Below the pieces are notes generated by a model. The model was given only the letters and a program-made list of their open reading frames with translations. It did no database searches and had not been told where the DNA came from. A stretch of 31,687 bases of DNA from Candidatus Hadarchaeota archaeon (GTDB lineage: Archaea > Hadarchaeota > Hadarchaeia > Hadarchaeales > JAWBSP01): positions 1 through 31,687 of the forward strand of contig CAYYWO010000011.1 of assembly GCA_964474885.1 (NCBI GenBank), given 5' to 3'. Positions 21,998-29,391 of this stretch are shown piece after piece. Position numbers and translations under genes: made by a program. Each line of letters starts with the position of its first letter. Positions within the stretch are counted from its first letter, which is position 1.

Positions 21998-22231
21998 TTA
22001 GATCTCGACGACGATCGCCGTGTTTGTATCGACAACCCCTTTGACCTTGTGGATGTCCTTGACTACTACATCAGATAGCGCTGGTAAATCCTCCGCCTCA
22101 ACAAAGGCGATGATATCGTAGGGTCCTGTTACTACATGTACTGACTTCACTGACTTAAGCTTCCTTAATTCATCAGCGACTTTCTTCACCCGCCCTATCG
22201 CCACTGTTATTAGAACATATGCTTGTATCAT
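21998..22231 (-). CDS. Stand-alone Lrp/AsnC ligand-binding (RAM) domain protein
   Basis: 77 aa: 'AYVLITV...VHVVTGPYDIIAFVEA...GVVDTNTAIV'; no HTH. Confidence 0.88.
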   Translation of the reverse strand: MIQAYVLITVAIGRVKKVADELRKLKSVKSVHVVTGPYDIIAFVEAEDLPALSDVVVKDIHKVKGVVDTNTAIVVEI

Positions 22232-22265
22232 CTTGCGAACGTTGCAGAAGGATAAAAGCTTATCT

Positions 22266-22895
22266 CTAGCCCCGATAGCTTAGCTTATCCATCAGATCGA
22301 ACACGTGTCCAGCTCCTACGACGCACACCATTTTGACATCTTTTGCTAGAATCCTCCGGATGTTGGAGGCCATGACCCTGTTCCTCTCCTCCACGAGGAC
22401 TCTGTAAAATCCTGGACATCTCGTTTTGAACTGGTTTAAAATCCATCGCAACTTTTTCTCGTCCAGTAGCGATTTCAGCCTGATTTTTTGTCCGGTGAGG
22501 AAACCCCCGATCATCCACAGAATGAATCGGAGCTTTTCATTCAGGGGCAAAAGGGCCAATCTCCTTAGTGTGATTTCGATATCTTGATCTAGGAGGGCGA
22601 CGTTGGCTCCGATTTTTTTGGCACTTTTAATGGCTAAGACCATCTCAGTTCCCGCCTTTACACCGATCTGTCTAGCCACGATTTCTTGGATTAGATAGAG
22701 GAAGAAAGGGAAAGGGAAAAGGGGGGCAGGTGCCCCCCCGCTTCGTAAAGCTATGTACCTCCTTTTGCAGAGCTCCACTCCTACGACTTGGGGCCTCTCG
22801 TTAAGAATGATTGATGGAACTCCAAAGACGCACTCAGGTGATACGTGCATAACTCCAACGATGGTGAGATTCTTCCTTAACTTTTTGATGATCAT
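22266..22895 (-). CDS. TraB/PrgY/GumN family protein
   Basis: 'IVGVMHVS', 'VGVELCKRR', 'GTEM', 'DQDIEITLRR', 'LVEERNRVMA', 'VVGAGH'. Confidence 0.88.
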   Translation of the reverse strand: MIIKKLRKNLTIVGVMHVSPECVFGVPSIILNERPQVVGVELCKRRYIALRSGGAPAPLFPFPFFLYLIQEIVARQIGVKAGTEMVLAIKSAKKIGANVALLDQDIEITLRRLALLPLNEKLRFILWMIGGFLTGQKIRLKSLLDEKKLRWILNQFKTRCPGFYRVLVEERNRVMASNIRRILAKDVKMVCVVGAGHVFDLMDKLSYRG

Positions 22896-23548
22896 TGCTT
22901 CGTTGCGAGCGGACGATAAACCAAGATTATGTCCTCACCTACCCTCCCTACTCGGACAAGTTTGAGTTTTAGACTCTCAGCTATCCTCCTAAAACCCTTT
23001 CCTCCAACTAAAGTTTTCGCTTTCTCACCACCTAAGATGAAAGGACAAACCGAAACTTGGAGCTCGTCGACTAGATGCTCTTTGATTAGGCTCCAATTCA
23101 ATGTAGATCCTCCCTCCACGAGTAGCTTTTTGATGCCCATTTGACAGAGCCTATTCAATAGGACTTTCAAGTTGACTTGTTTTTTCCCTGCGACGATTAT
23201 CTTAGCCCCTCTCTCTTTCAGCCTTTCGAGCCTTTTCTTCGGAGCTTTTCTGCTCACGGCAATGATGGTAAGAGCTTTTTGGTCTAATACCTTGGCTGTT
23301 GGAGGAGTTGACGCTTGGCTATCTACCACAACTCGTATCGGATTTCTGCCCCTTACAAGACGGACTGTTAGAGAAGGATCATCTTTTAGAATGGTTCCTA
23401 CACCTACCATAACCGCATCCACTTGGGAACGGAGGTAGTGGAGCCTTCGTAGATCCTCTTCACATGATAGTTTGCTATCACCACCAATGCTTGCGATTTT
23501 TCCATCCACACTCATGGCGGCTTTCAGAATGACAAATGGCTTTGACAT
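22892..23548 (-). CDS. arfC: 2,5-diamino-6-ribosylamino-4(3H)-pyrimidinone 5'-phosphate reductase (Rib7/RibD C-terminal)
   Basis: 'AAMSVDGKIA', 'DAVMVGVGTILKDDPSLTVR', 'LLVEGGSTLN'; no deaminase domain. Confidence 0.88.
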   Translation of the reverse strand: MSKPFVILKAAMSVDGKIASIGGDSKLSCEEDLRRLHYLRSQVDAVMVGVGTILKDDPSLTVRLVRGRNPIRVVVDSQASTPPTAKVLDQKALTIIAVSRKAPKKRLERLKERGAKIIVAGKKQVNLKVLLNRLCQMGIKKLLVEGGSTLNWSLIKEHLVDELQVSVCPFILGGEKAKTLVGGKGFRRIAESLKLKLVRVGRVGEDIILVYRPLATKQ

Positions 23549-23599
23549 CAGAATTCTCCTCAGCCCGCTAAAAACTCCCTTTTAAAGTCCCTCAAGCAA

Positions 23600-23839
23600 T
23601 TGGTGATGATAAGGGCCTCAAAGATAATCGGGATGAAAGTTTACAACGATAAGGCAAAGTGGGTCGGTACGATCAAGGATTTGGTAGTGGATGAAAAGCG
23701 GGGGATGCTAACGGGCTTTGCTTTGGAGGAAAGGGGACCAGTTGCCCTTTGTGTTCCGTTTGAAACGGTGAAGGCGATAGGAGACATTGTACTCGTAGAG
23801 ACTAGAGAGGAGGGACAGCTCAGAGCGACCTCCCCTTGA
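23600..23839 (+). CDS. Stand-alone PRC-barrel domain protein (CdpB-like)
   Basis: 'ASKIIGMKVYNDKAKWVGTIKDLVVD...VPFETVKAIGDIVLV'. Start may be 23603 or 23606. Confidence 0.85.
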   Translation: MVMIRASKIIGMKVYNDKAKWVGTIKDLVVDEKRGMLTGFALEERGPVALCVPFETVKAIGDIVLVETREEGQLRATSP

Positions 23840-23875
23840 AAAGACACCCCTTAAAAAAGCACAGATAAAGGATTT

Positions 23876-24451
23876 ATGGCAGTTAAGGTTAAAATACAGA
23901 ACATAGTTTGCTCCGTGACCTATGAAGGTGTGTACTTTCCGCTCGAAAAACTGGTCAAAGTACTTGAAAACGCGAGGTATGATCCAGAAGTTTTCCCAGG
24001 AATAGCATACAAATCTGAAAATCCCCCAGCCTCGTTCTTGATTTTCTCATCCGGCAAAATGAATTGTGTTGGTGCAAGGAGCTTGAAAGATGCGCTTCTG
24101 GCAGTAAAGAAGTTAACGACCAAGCTCAGGAAATGTGGCATAAAGATCCGGAAACCGCCCAGAGTGGAAGTTCAAAACATAGTTGCTTCTCTGGACTTCG
24201 GTAGAACCTTTGACTTAGAATACATTGCCAGGACTTTCGAGAATACAGAATATGAGCCGGAGGTGTTTCCAGGGTTGGTCATGAGGCTTGAGGAACCACG
24301 GGCAGTCGTTCTGCTCTTTGTTTCAGGCAAGGGGGTTTGCGCGGGTTCCCGCAAGTTTTCTGATATTAAAAAAGCCGCAGAACTTGTGGACAAACTAATT
24401 CCACCAGCAGCCTCCCAGCTAGGAGCTTCCTCAGCGGGAGCGGGCATATAG
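23876..24451 (+). CDS. tbp: TATA-box-binding protein
   Basis: Two TBP repeats: 'QNIV...YDPEVFPG...LIFSSGK' and 'QNIV...YEPEVFPG...LLFVSGK'. Confidence 0.95.
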   Translation: MAVKVKIQNIVCSVTYEGVYFPLEKLVKVLENARYDPEVFPGIAYKSENPPASFLIFSSGKMNCVGARSLKDALLAVKKLTTKLRKCGIKIRKPPRVEVQNIVASLDFGRTFDLEYIARTFENTEYEPEVFPGLVMRLEEPRAVVLLFVSGKGVCAGSRKFSDIKKAAELVDKLIPPAASQLGASSAGAGI

Positions 24452-24455
24452 TTTC

Positions 24456-25700
24456 ATGCAGATAGAGGTTAGGCGGACGGAAGGGTTAAAGGGAAAAATC
24501 TTTTCTCCTCCTTCAAAGTTGCTCACACAAGTGTTGATTAGTTATGCATCTGTCTGTGACGGGAGGTGTGAGGTAATTTCTCCTTTGAGTGTTTTGGACA
24601 CAACATGCTTGCTTGCTGGCCTTGGGAGGCTTGGTGTAGATGTGGCGAAATCGAAGGGCAGATGGATAATCTGGGGGAGGGGAGGGGATTTTCTAACGCC
24701 GAAAAAAGCTCTTGACGCCAAGAACTCGGCTACGTCCCTAACTTTTCTCACGGCGATATCATCTTTGAGCGAGCTGGCGGTAATAACGGGGGATGCTTCA
24801 TTGAGGGCGCGTTGTTTCCCGCAGGTTGTCAAGGATTTTAGAAAGATAGGGATCAAGGTGTCCCCAGCTCAAGGAGACTCACCTCCTTTTGTCGTAATGG
24901 GATCGAGCGTGAAGGGAGGGAGAATAAGAGTAAGCTCACAGCCTAAGTTTTTTCCTGCCTTTATTATCCCAGGTTTCTTCGCTAATAAGAGCCTTGAGCT
25001 TGTGACCGATTTTACTGTTGAAAAACTCAGACACTTGCAAGTTCTGAGGAAAGCTGGTGCCCCAGTGAAGTTCAGAAAGAAGGAAATCCGTGTTGATCCG
25101 GAAGTTCCGCCAAAATTCAGGCTGAGAGTCCCAGCAGATGCCGATCTTCTAGCGCCCTTGATTACTTTAGCGGTGCTGACGGATTCTAAGCTCTGGATAA
25201 AGGATGGTGAGGGAGAGTACGTAAAATTGCTTCGAAAGTTCGGCATCCGATGCGAGAAAATGCGGCATGGGTTTAAGGTGGAGGGACCCCAGTCACCGAG
25301 GTGCTGTAAGATGGATTTAGAGCCCTATCCCCAGTTCTTTCCCTTCTTGTGTGTCTTGGCCTCTCAGGCACGCGGCACGAGTATTATAGGCGGATTGCAC
25401 TCAGCCAAGACGGCCAAAATCGACAGGGTAGAGTGCATGATCCACTCTCTGAGGAAGATGGGTGCGAAGATTAGGGAAAAAGGAAACGTGCTGGTGATAG
25501 AGGGCCCCACGGGATTGATTGGACAGGAGATCGATGCCAGAGGGGATCCATGCACTGCAGCTGCACTCATTGTAGCGGGATCATTAGCTTCTGGCAGAAC
25601 AATAATAAACAATGCTACCTATTCGCTTAGATTGACCTATCCTTCCTTGTTAGGAACCTTAACCAAGATGGGTGGAGAAGTGGGTTTGGTTAGCTGGTGA
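24456..25700 (+). CDS. EPSP synthase (AroA)-fold protein, probably catalytically degenerate
   Basis: AroA-like segments 'LKGKIFSPPSK', 'NSATSL', 'ITGDASLRAR', 'SSQ', 'DRVECM..LRKMG', 'TYPS'; key catalytic residues are substituted. Confidence 0.75.
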   Translation: MQIEVRRTEGLKGKIFSPPSKLLTQVLISYASVCDGRCEVISPLSVLDTTCLLAGLGRLGVDVAKSKGRWIIWGRGGDFLTPKKALDAKNSATSLTFLTAISSLSELAVITGDASLRARCFPQVVKDFRKIGIKVSPAQGDSPPFVVMGSSVKGGRIRVSSQPKFFPAFIIPGFFANKSLELVTDFTVEKLRHLQVLRKAGAPVKFRKKEIRVDPEVPPKFRLRVPADADLLAPLITLAVLTDSKLWIKDGEGEYVKLLRKFGIRCEKMRHGFKVEGPQSPRCCKMDLEPYPQFFPFLCVLASQARGTSIIGGLHSAKTAKIDRVECMIHSLRKMGAKIREKGNVLVIEGPTGLIGQEIDARGDPCTAAALIVAGSLASGRTIINNATYSLRLTYPSLLGTLTKMGGEVGLVSW

Positions 25701-26442
25701 GTGTGAAGAGGAAAAGTGTGTAAAGATCTCCGAAAAGTACCCCTACTATGAAGCCTGTAGCCAAAAACGGGCCATACGGAATTCCTTTTTTTATTTTTAT
25801 CTCATCCTTCAGTTTCCCTTGTCTAACGAGTTCTTGGAGTTTCCTGATCTGCTCCTTGGTCAACCCAGCAGCTCTTCGAGGATTCGCGAGCACATCGCCT
25901 TGAGGATGCAGGAATGTTCCTTTCCCTCGGAAAACTTTTCCATTCCTGACAACTATGAACTCTGCGGGTATGGCACCCTCCCGAAGTTGTGTTATTCTCA
26001 GCCTTTGATAAAAGGCCCCCCTCCCTTTGAGTTTTTCGGAGAGAATAAACAAGCTTATGGCCGGAAGGGAAACTATGGCACTATTGAAGAAAATTGTGAG
26101 GGGAAAGATAGGGAGAGTACCATAGAAAGGTTGAAGCATGGGTGAGCATCGTGGGACAAGGGCACCGAACATAGTTAGCAACTTGACATCACCCCCTGCC
26201 CAGCCTCCGGTTATCCATAGGACATATCCTATGGAGAATCCTACAAATGCTCCTATTCCACCACTCAATGCTAAGGAGAGATCGCCCGAAAGGAGGCCCC
26301 AACATGCATAGAAGAGAATTCCTACAACTATCAAGGGCTTGGTCAGTTTGTCTGGGATAACCCTTCCTCTGAAAAGATCGAAATAACTCGCCATTATGGC
26401 CGCTATGATACCCACTCCAATCGGGAAAATCTGGGGATCCAT
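25690..26442 (-). CDS. A24-family prepilin/prearchaellin peptidase
   Basis: Two catalytic Asp motifs, 'SYFD' and 'AGGDVK'; archaeal C-terminal domain ending 'GIPYGPF'. Confidence 0.9.
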   Translation of the reverse strand: MDPQIFPIGVGIIAAIMASYFDLFRGRVIPDKLTKPLIVVGILFYACWGLLSGDLSLALSGGIGAFVGFSIGYVLWITGGWAGGDVKLLTMFGALVPRCSPMLQPFYGTLPIFPLTIFFNSAIVSLPAISLFILSEKLKGRGAFYQRLRITQLREGAIPAEFIVVRNGKVFRGKGTFLHPQGDVLANPRRAAGLTKEQIRKLQELVRQGKLKDEIKIKKGIPYGPFLATGFIVGVLFGDLYTLFLFTLTS

Positions 26443-26910
26443 TTAGAGGAGAATCCCTTTTGCTTCCCTTTCTATTTCCTCTAATTTTCTCTCAAGCTCG
26501 AGGGTAGCAAATTTTCCAGCTTTATTTTCTAGCTCTTTTAACTTCTGCCTGGCTTGGCTAACCACCTCTATTATCTTCTGTTTGTTCATATCCGCCCTGA
26601 GTTTCCCCCTGATTTCTTTCCGGTAAAATTGTGAAATTTGGGAACTCAGTTTTGCGATTTCGAAGAGGCAAGCAAGCTCCTCTGCTTTCTCGGCAATGAG
26701 CTCCCCCAACGGAGTGAGGTTAACGAGTTTGGTCCTCCCCACCTTTTCGAACTGGATGAGCTCAAGTTGTACAAGTTTTTGGATCACTCTAACTATGTGT
26801 GCGTAGGTTCCGCCCGTTTTCCGTGAGATTTCGGTAATGGAAAGTTTTTCTCCTCCTCGGAGGAGCATGATAACCCTCATTGGTACCGAAGCCATCTCTT
26901 CCGCTGTCAC
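26443..26910 (-). CDS. Winged-helix DNA-binding protein with C-terminal helical extension
   Basis: 'LSITEISRKTGGTYAHIVRVIQKLVQLELIQFEKVGRTKLVNLTPLG' wHTH. Its TAA directly abuts the peptidase ATG. Confidence 0.85.
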   Translation of the reverse strand: MTAEEMASVPMRVIMLLRGGEKLSITEISRKTGGTYAHIVRVIQKLVQLELIQFEKVGRTKLVNLTPLGELIAEKAEELACLFEIAKLSSQISQFYRKEIRGKLRADMNKQKIIEVVSQARQKLKELENKAGKFATLELERKLEEIEREAKGILL

Positions 26911-26932
26911 GAGTTGATTAGCTCTCGAGTTT

Positions 26933-27006
26933 TTATATTTAGAAACATGTTTCTTAAAGCATGCTTTTTAAAACATATATATTTAAAAGCATTTGTTTAA
27001 AAACAT
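26933..27006. repeat. Operator-like array A: five overlapping ~16-bp dyads, consensus ATRYTTTTAAAARCAT
   Basis: TTATATTTAGAAACAT, ATGTTTCTTAAAGCAT, ATGCTTTTTAAAACAT, ATATATTTAAAAGCAT and ATTTGTTTAAAAACAT end at 26948, 26962, 26976, 26992 and 27006. The array overlaps the minus-strand TATA-like box (26931-26938). Confidence 0.75.
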
Positions 27007-27235
27007 TACCTATCAAAAGTACTTTACCCTCGAAGAACTTGTGTTTTGTTACGGGATTTCCGGCTTTTGAGGGGGATCAAACGGACATATTTACTCATCA
27101 AGAGTAATGTCAAAGTGAGAAAGAGGGACTTCGACTCGCTATGGTTTACTTTTTATGAGGAAGTTTGTTACCATTCAGGAGTAACTCGTTTCTCTTTTTA
27201 CTCTACATAGGTATTAAAATACTCATTAAAAGTAA
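27006..27235. promoter_or_regulatory. Operator-like array B: six 17-bp palindromes, consensus TTACTC-N5-GAGTAA
   Basis: Copies start at 27006 (TTACCT-ATCAA-AAGTAC), 27091 (TTACTC-ATCAA-GAGTAA), 27146 (TTACTT-TTTAT-GAGGAA), 27168 (TTACCA-TTCAG-GAGTAA), 27198 (TTACTC-TACAT-AGGTAT) and 27219 (ATACTC-ATTAA-AAGTAA). Confidence 0.75.
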
Positions 27236-27238
27236 AGG

Positions 27239-27589
27239 ATGGAAAAAATACCAGAAAGATTGCTTGAGCTAGCCTATGGCAATCATCCAAAGAGTGCAAA
27301 GTTGAAGATTGAGGGGGCCAAAATAATAAGGTTGTTAAGAGAAGGACCGAAAACTATCGAAGAACTTGCCGCCGAGCTCTCAGTAGATCTTAGTACACCT
27401 GGAGGCAAGAAACACTTATATTTGGTTCTCAGGCCCCTTAGGGAGAAGGGGATGATAGCTGCCAGCAGGATCCAAGGGAGAAGGCTTTATCACCTAAGCT
27501 TGGATGGATTCAACATGTTTCTGAGGGAGCTCAAGAGGGAAGCCGAAAGGTGGTTAACTCCTTTAAGAGAGAGAGTAGAAGAGGGATGA
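27239..27589 (+). CDS. Winged-helix (ArsR-like) DNA-binding protein
   Basis: 'IIRLLREGPKTIEELAAEL......HLYLVLRPLREKGMIAASRIQGRRLYHLS'. TATTAAAA at 27212-27219 suggests a leaderless start. Confidence 0.82.
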   Translation: MEKIPERLLELAYGNHPKSAKLKIEGAKIIRLLREGPKTIEELAAELSVDLSTPGGKKHLYLVLRPLREKGMIAASRIQGRRLYHLSLDGFNMFLRELKREAERWLTPLRERVEEG

Positions 27590-27813
27590 CGCGAAAGACT
27601 GGTTCAAAGACCTTTAAGGCAAGGCAACTGATGAAGACGGCAAGAATACAGGAGCAGCTAAGGAAACTGCGGGAAGAGGGTGTTAAACTAGAAGTTCCGA
27701 AGCCTAAACCAGAGGTGGCAAAGAAGAAGGAACGTGAACTTGAGCAACTTTTTTTGGAGCTGAGCTCAAAGCCCGAGGGTGGGCAGGAAGCGGAGACAGA
27801 GGGAAGTTCCTAG
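27586..27813 (+). CDS. Small charged hypothetical protein (75 aa)
   Basis: ATGA overlap with the wHTH stop; purine-rich SD-like sequence upstream; K/R/E-rich helical sequence. Its 3' end overlaps the convergent gene by 48 nt. Confidence 0.6.
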   Translation: MTRKTGSKTFKARQLMKTARIQEQLRKLREEGVKLEVPKPKPEVAKKKERELEQLFLELSSKPEGGQEAETEGSS

Positions 27814-28704
27814 GGGGAGAGCTAGATTATCTATTCCACGTGTGCAGACTGATTCTAGTAGCATTAAAATAATTGCGCTCGAAAGAGAAAGGAAAACTCC
27901 ATAGCCCAATCCCATGAAGACACTTAGGCACACAACGAGCAATGTCAGGGACCCTTCTATTGTTTTGCCCCAAGGCCACTTTCTTTTTCCTAGTTTGGTG
28001 CCCACCCCTGTTGCAAGCGGGTCTCCGGCCATCAAAATGAGCAATGAGGGTAATAGGAAATCCGGAAATACTAGAGCAACTGCCAGTACTCCTGTCAGGT
28101 AGAAGAATGAGGGGAAGTAGAACTTCTCTTCTGGTCCTGCGGTGCCCGTCCACATATAGGCGAACCTCCTTAGTCTGCTCGCGGGTCTTACAGGCTCGAC
28201 CATGTTTGGAGTGTAAAAAGACCTAAAGTATTCATTTGCAAAGAGTCCGGCAAGCATACACGTTACAAGTAGGAAGGTGATACTCACTGTCGTTGAAACA
28301 AGAAAGTACAGAATAAGCGCACTGGACATCGCTTGCCCGATTGCTCTGAAGCAATAAGGGTCGAGACCTGCCTCCCATCCTCCTATGGCTAAGCGAACTT
28401 TCTCTGAGATAACAGCTGCAATAGCGATCATACCTAGGCCTAAGCCAATCCCTGCTCCAATCCAAGACCCGTACGGGATGAGATAGTTCCCTACTTCTTG
28501 GGCTTCTTCAAGCCAGTTCACAAATCTAAATTCATAGAACGGGAGAATCACCAGAAATGCTAGAATAGCAGGTGTAATCGATGCAATAATGATATTTCTG
28601 GTTTTTTTCCTCAGAAAGTGGAAAGCCACCAGATAAGCGATGACAAAAACAATAATCATTCCGCCCGCCTTTAATACGGGGAATTCTATCTGAACCATCA
28701 ACAA
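27766..28704 (-). CDS. Dolichol/phytol (polyprenol) kinase-like membrane protein, CTP-dependent
   Basis: 'GDPLATGVGTKLGKRKWPWGKTIEGS' and 'GIDNLALP' family motifs; extra N-terminal TM segments. Confidence 0.78.
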   Translation of the reverse strand: MLMVQIEFPVLKAGGMIIVFVIAYLVAFHFLRKKTRNIIIASITPAILAFLVILPFYEFRFVNWLEEAQEVGNYLIPYGSWIGAGIGLGLGMIAIAAVISEKVRLAIGGWEAGLDPYCFRAIGQAMSSALILYFLVSTTVSITFLLVTCMLAGLFANEYFRSFYTPNMVEPVRPASRLRRFAYMWTGTAGPEEKFYFPSFFYLTGVLAVALVFPDFLLPSLLILMAGDPLATGVGTKLGKRKWPWGKTIEGSLTLLVVCLSVFMGLGYGVFLSLSSAIILMLLESVCTRGIDNLALPLGTSLCLRFLPTLGL

Positions 28705-29391
28705 CTACAGGGGTCTATTTAAGGAGGAGATGTTTGCTCCCAGTTCAGACAACCAACTCAGCATAGATTTGCAGATCTGAAGTTTCATCCTTTTCTGCCG
28801 GTGATCCTTGCGTCCAGACAAGATTCCTACTTCAGCGTCTGGATCCATGCCAGCCAGATAGATCAGCCGGGCACCCAGCTCATGCGCTAGGAACGCTGCA
28901 CGATCGCCGTCGGTGAAGCCACCAAAGTTGAAGAGTTTTCCGAAAGGCTTCAGCTGGGTGGTGCCGATCACTCTTTCCTTCAGTTGTGGGACATAGGTCC
29001 GGAGTAATTCAATGTTATCTCCGTGGGCGTGTACGACCATCCATGCACCCTCTTTCCATGCTCTCAGCTGGTCGGGGACGTATCCATCAAGATCCGTGAC
29101 GATCACATCCGGCCTTCTGAATGCCAAAACAGCCGAAGTAGCACCATCCGCAGCTATTATGGTATCCTTGAGGTAACCGAGCTCTTCGGCTCTTTTTAGA
29201 TCCTCGATAATAGAATTGGCCGCTCCGCAAACCAAAACTCTCTTATTTCTAATGAGCTGCAAGAGCTCGTCGATTTCTGGTTGGGGCAGGAGTTCGTCTA
29301 AGGTCTGGGCAGCTCTAAGGTCTGCTTGAGGATCGAGGTTCAATTTCTTCGCAATTTGGTAGTACTTCTCTTTCCAGATCTTCCATTTCAT
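28705..29391 (-). CDS. mptE: 6-hydroxymethyl-7,8-dihydropterin pyrophosphokinase MptE (DUF115)
   Basis: 'IIAADGAT', 'IVTDLDG', 'VVHAHGDN', 'NFGGFTDGDRA', 'LAGMD'. Confidence 0.88.
   Translation of the reverse strand: MKWKIWKEKYYQIAKKLNLDPQADLRAAQTLDELLPQPEIDELLQLIRNKRVLVCGAANSIIEDLKRAEELGYLKDTIIAADGATSAVLAFRRPDVIVTDLDGYVPDQLRAWKEGAWMVVHAHGDNIELLRTYVPQLKERVIGTTQLKPFGKLFNFGGFTDGDRAAFLAHELGARLIYLAGMDPDAEVGILSGRKDHRQKRMKLQICKSMLSWLSELGANISSLNRPL

Noticed and set aside
26911-27238. Repeat arrays as a CRISPR array or a canonical Orc1/Cdc6 origin
   Set aside because: Units are short degenerate palindromes without a constant repeat-spacer structure. No cas or cdc6 gene and no ORB G-string consensus are visible.
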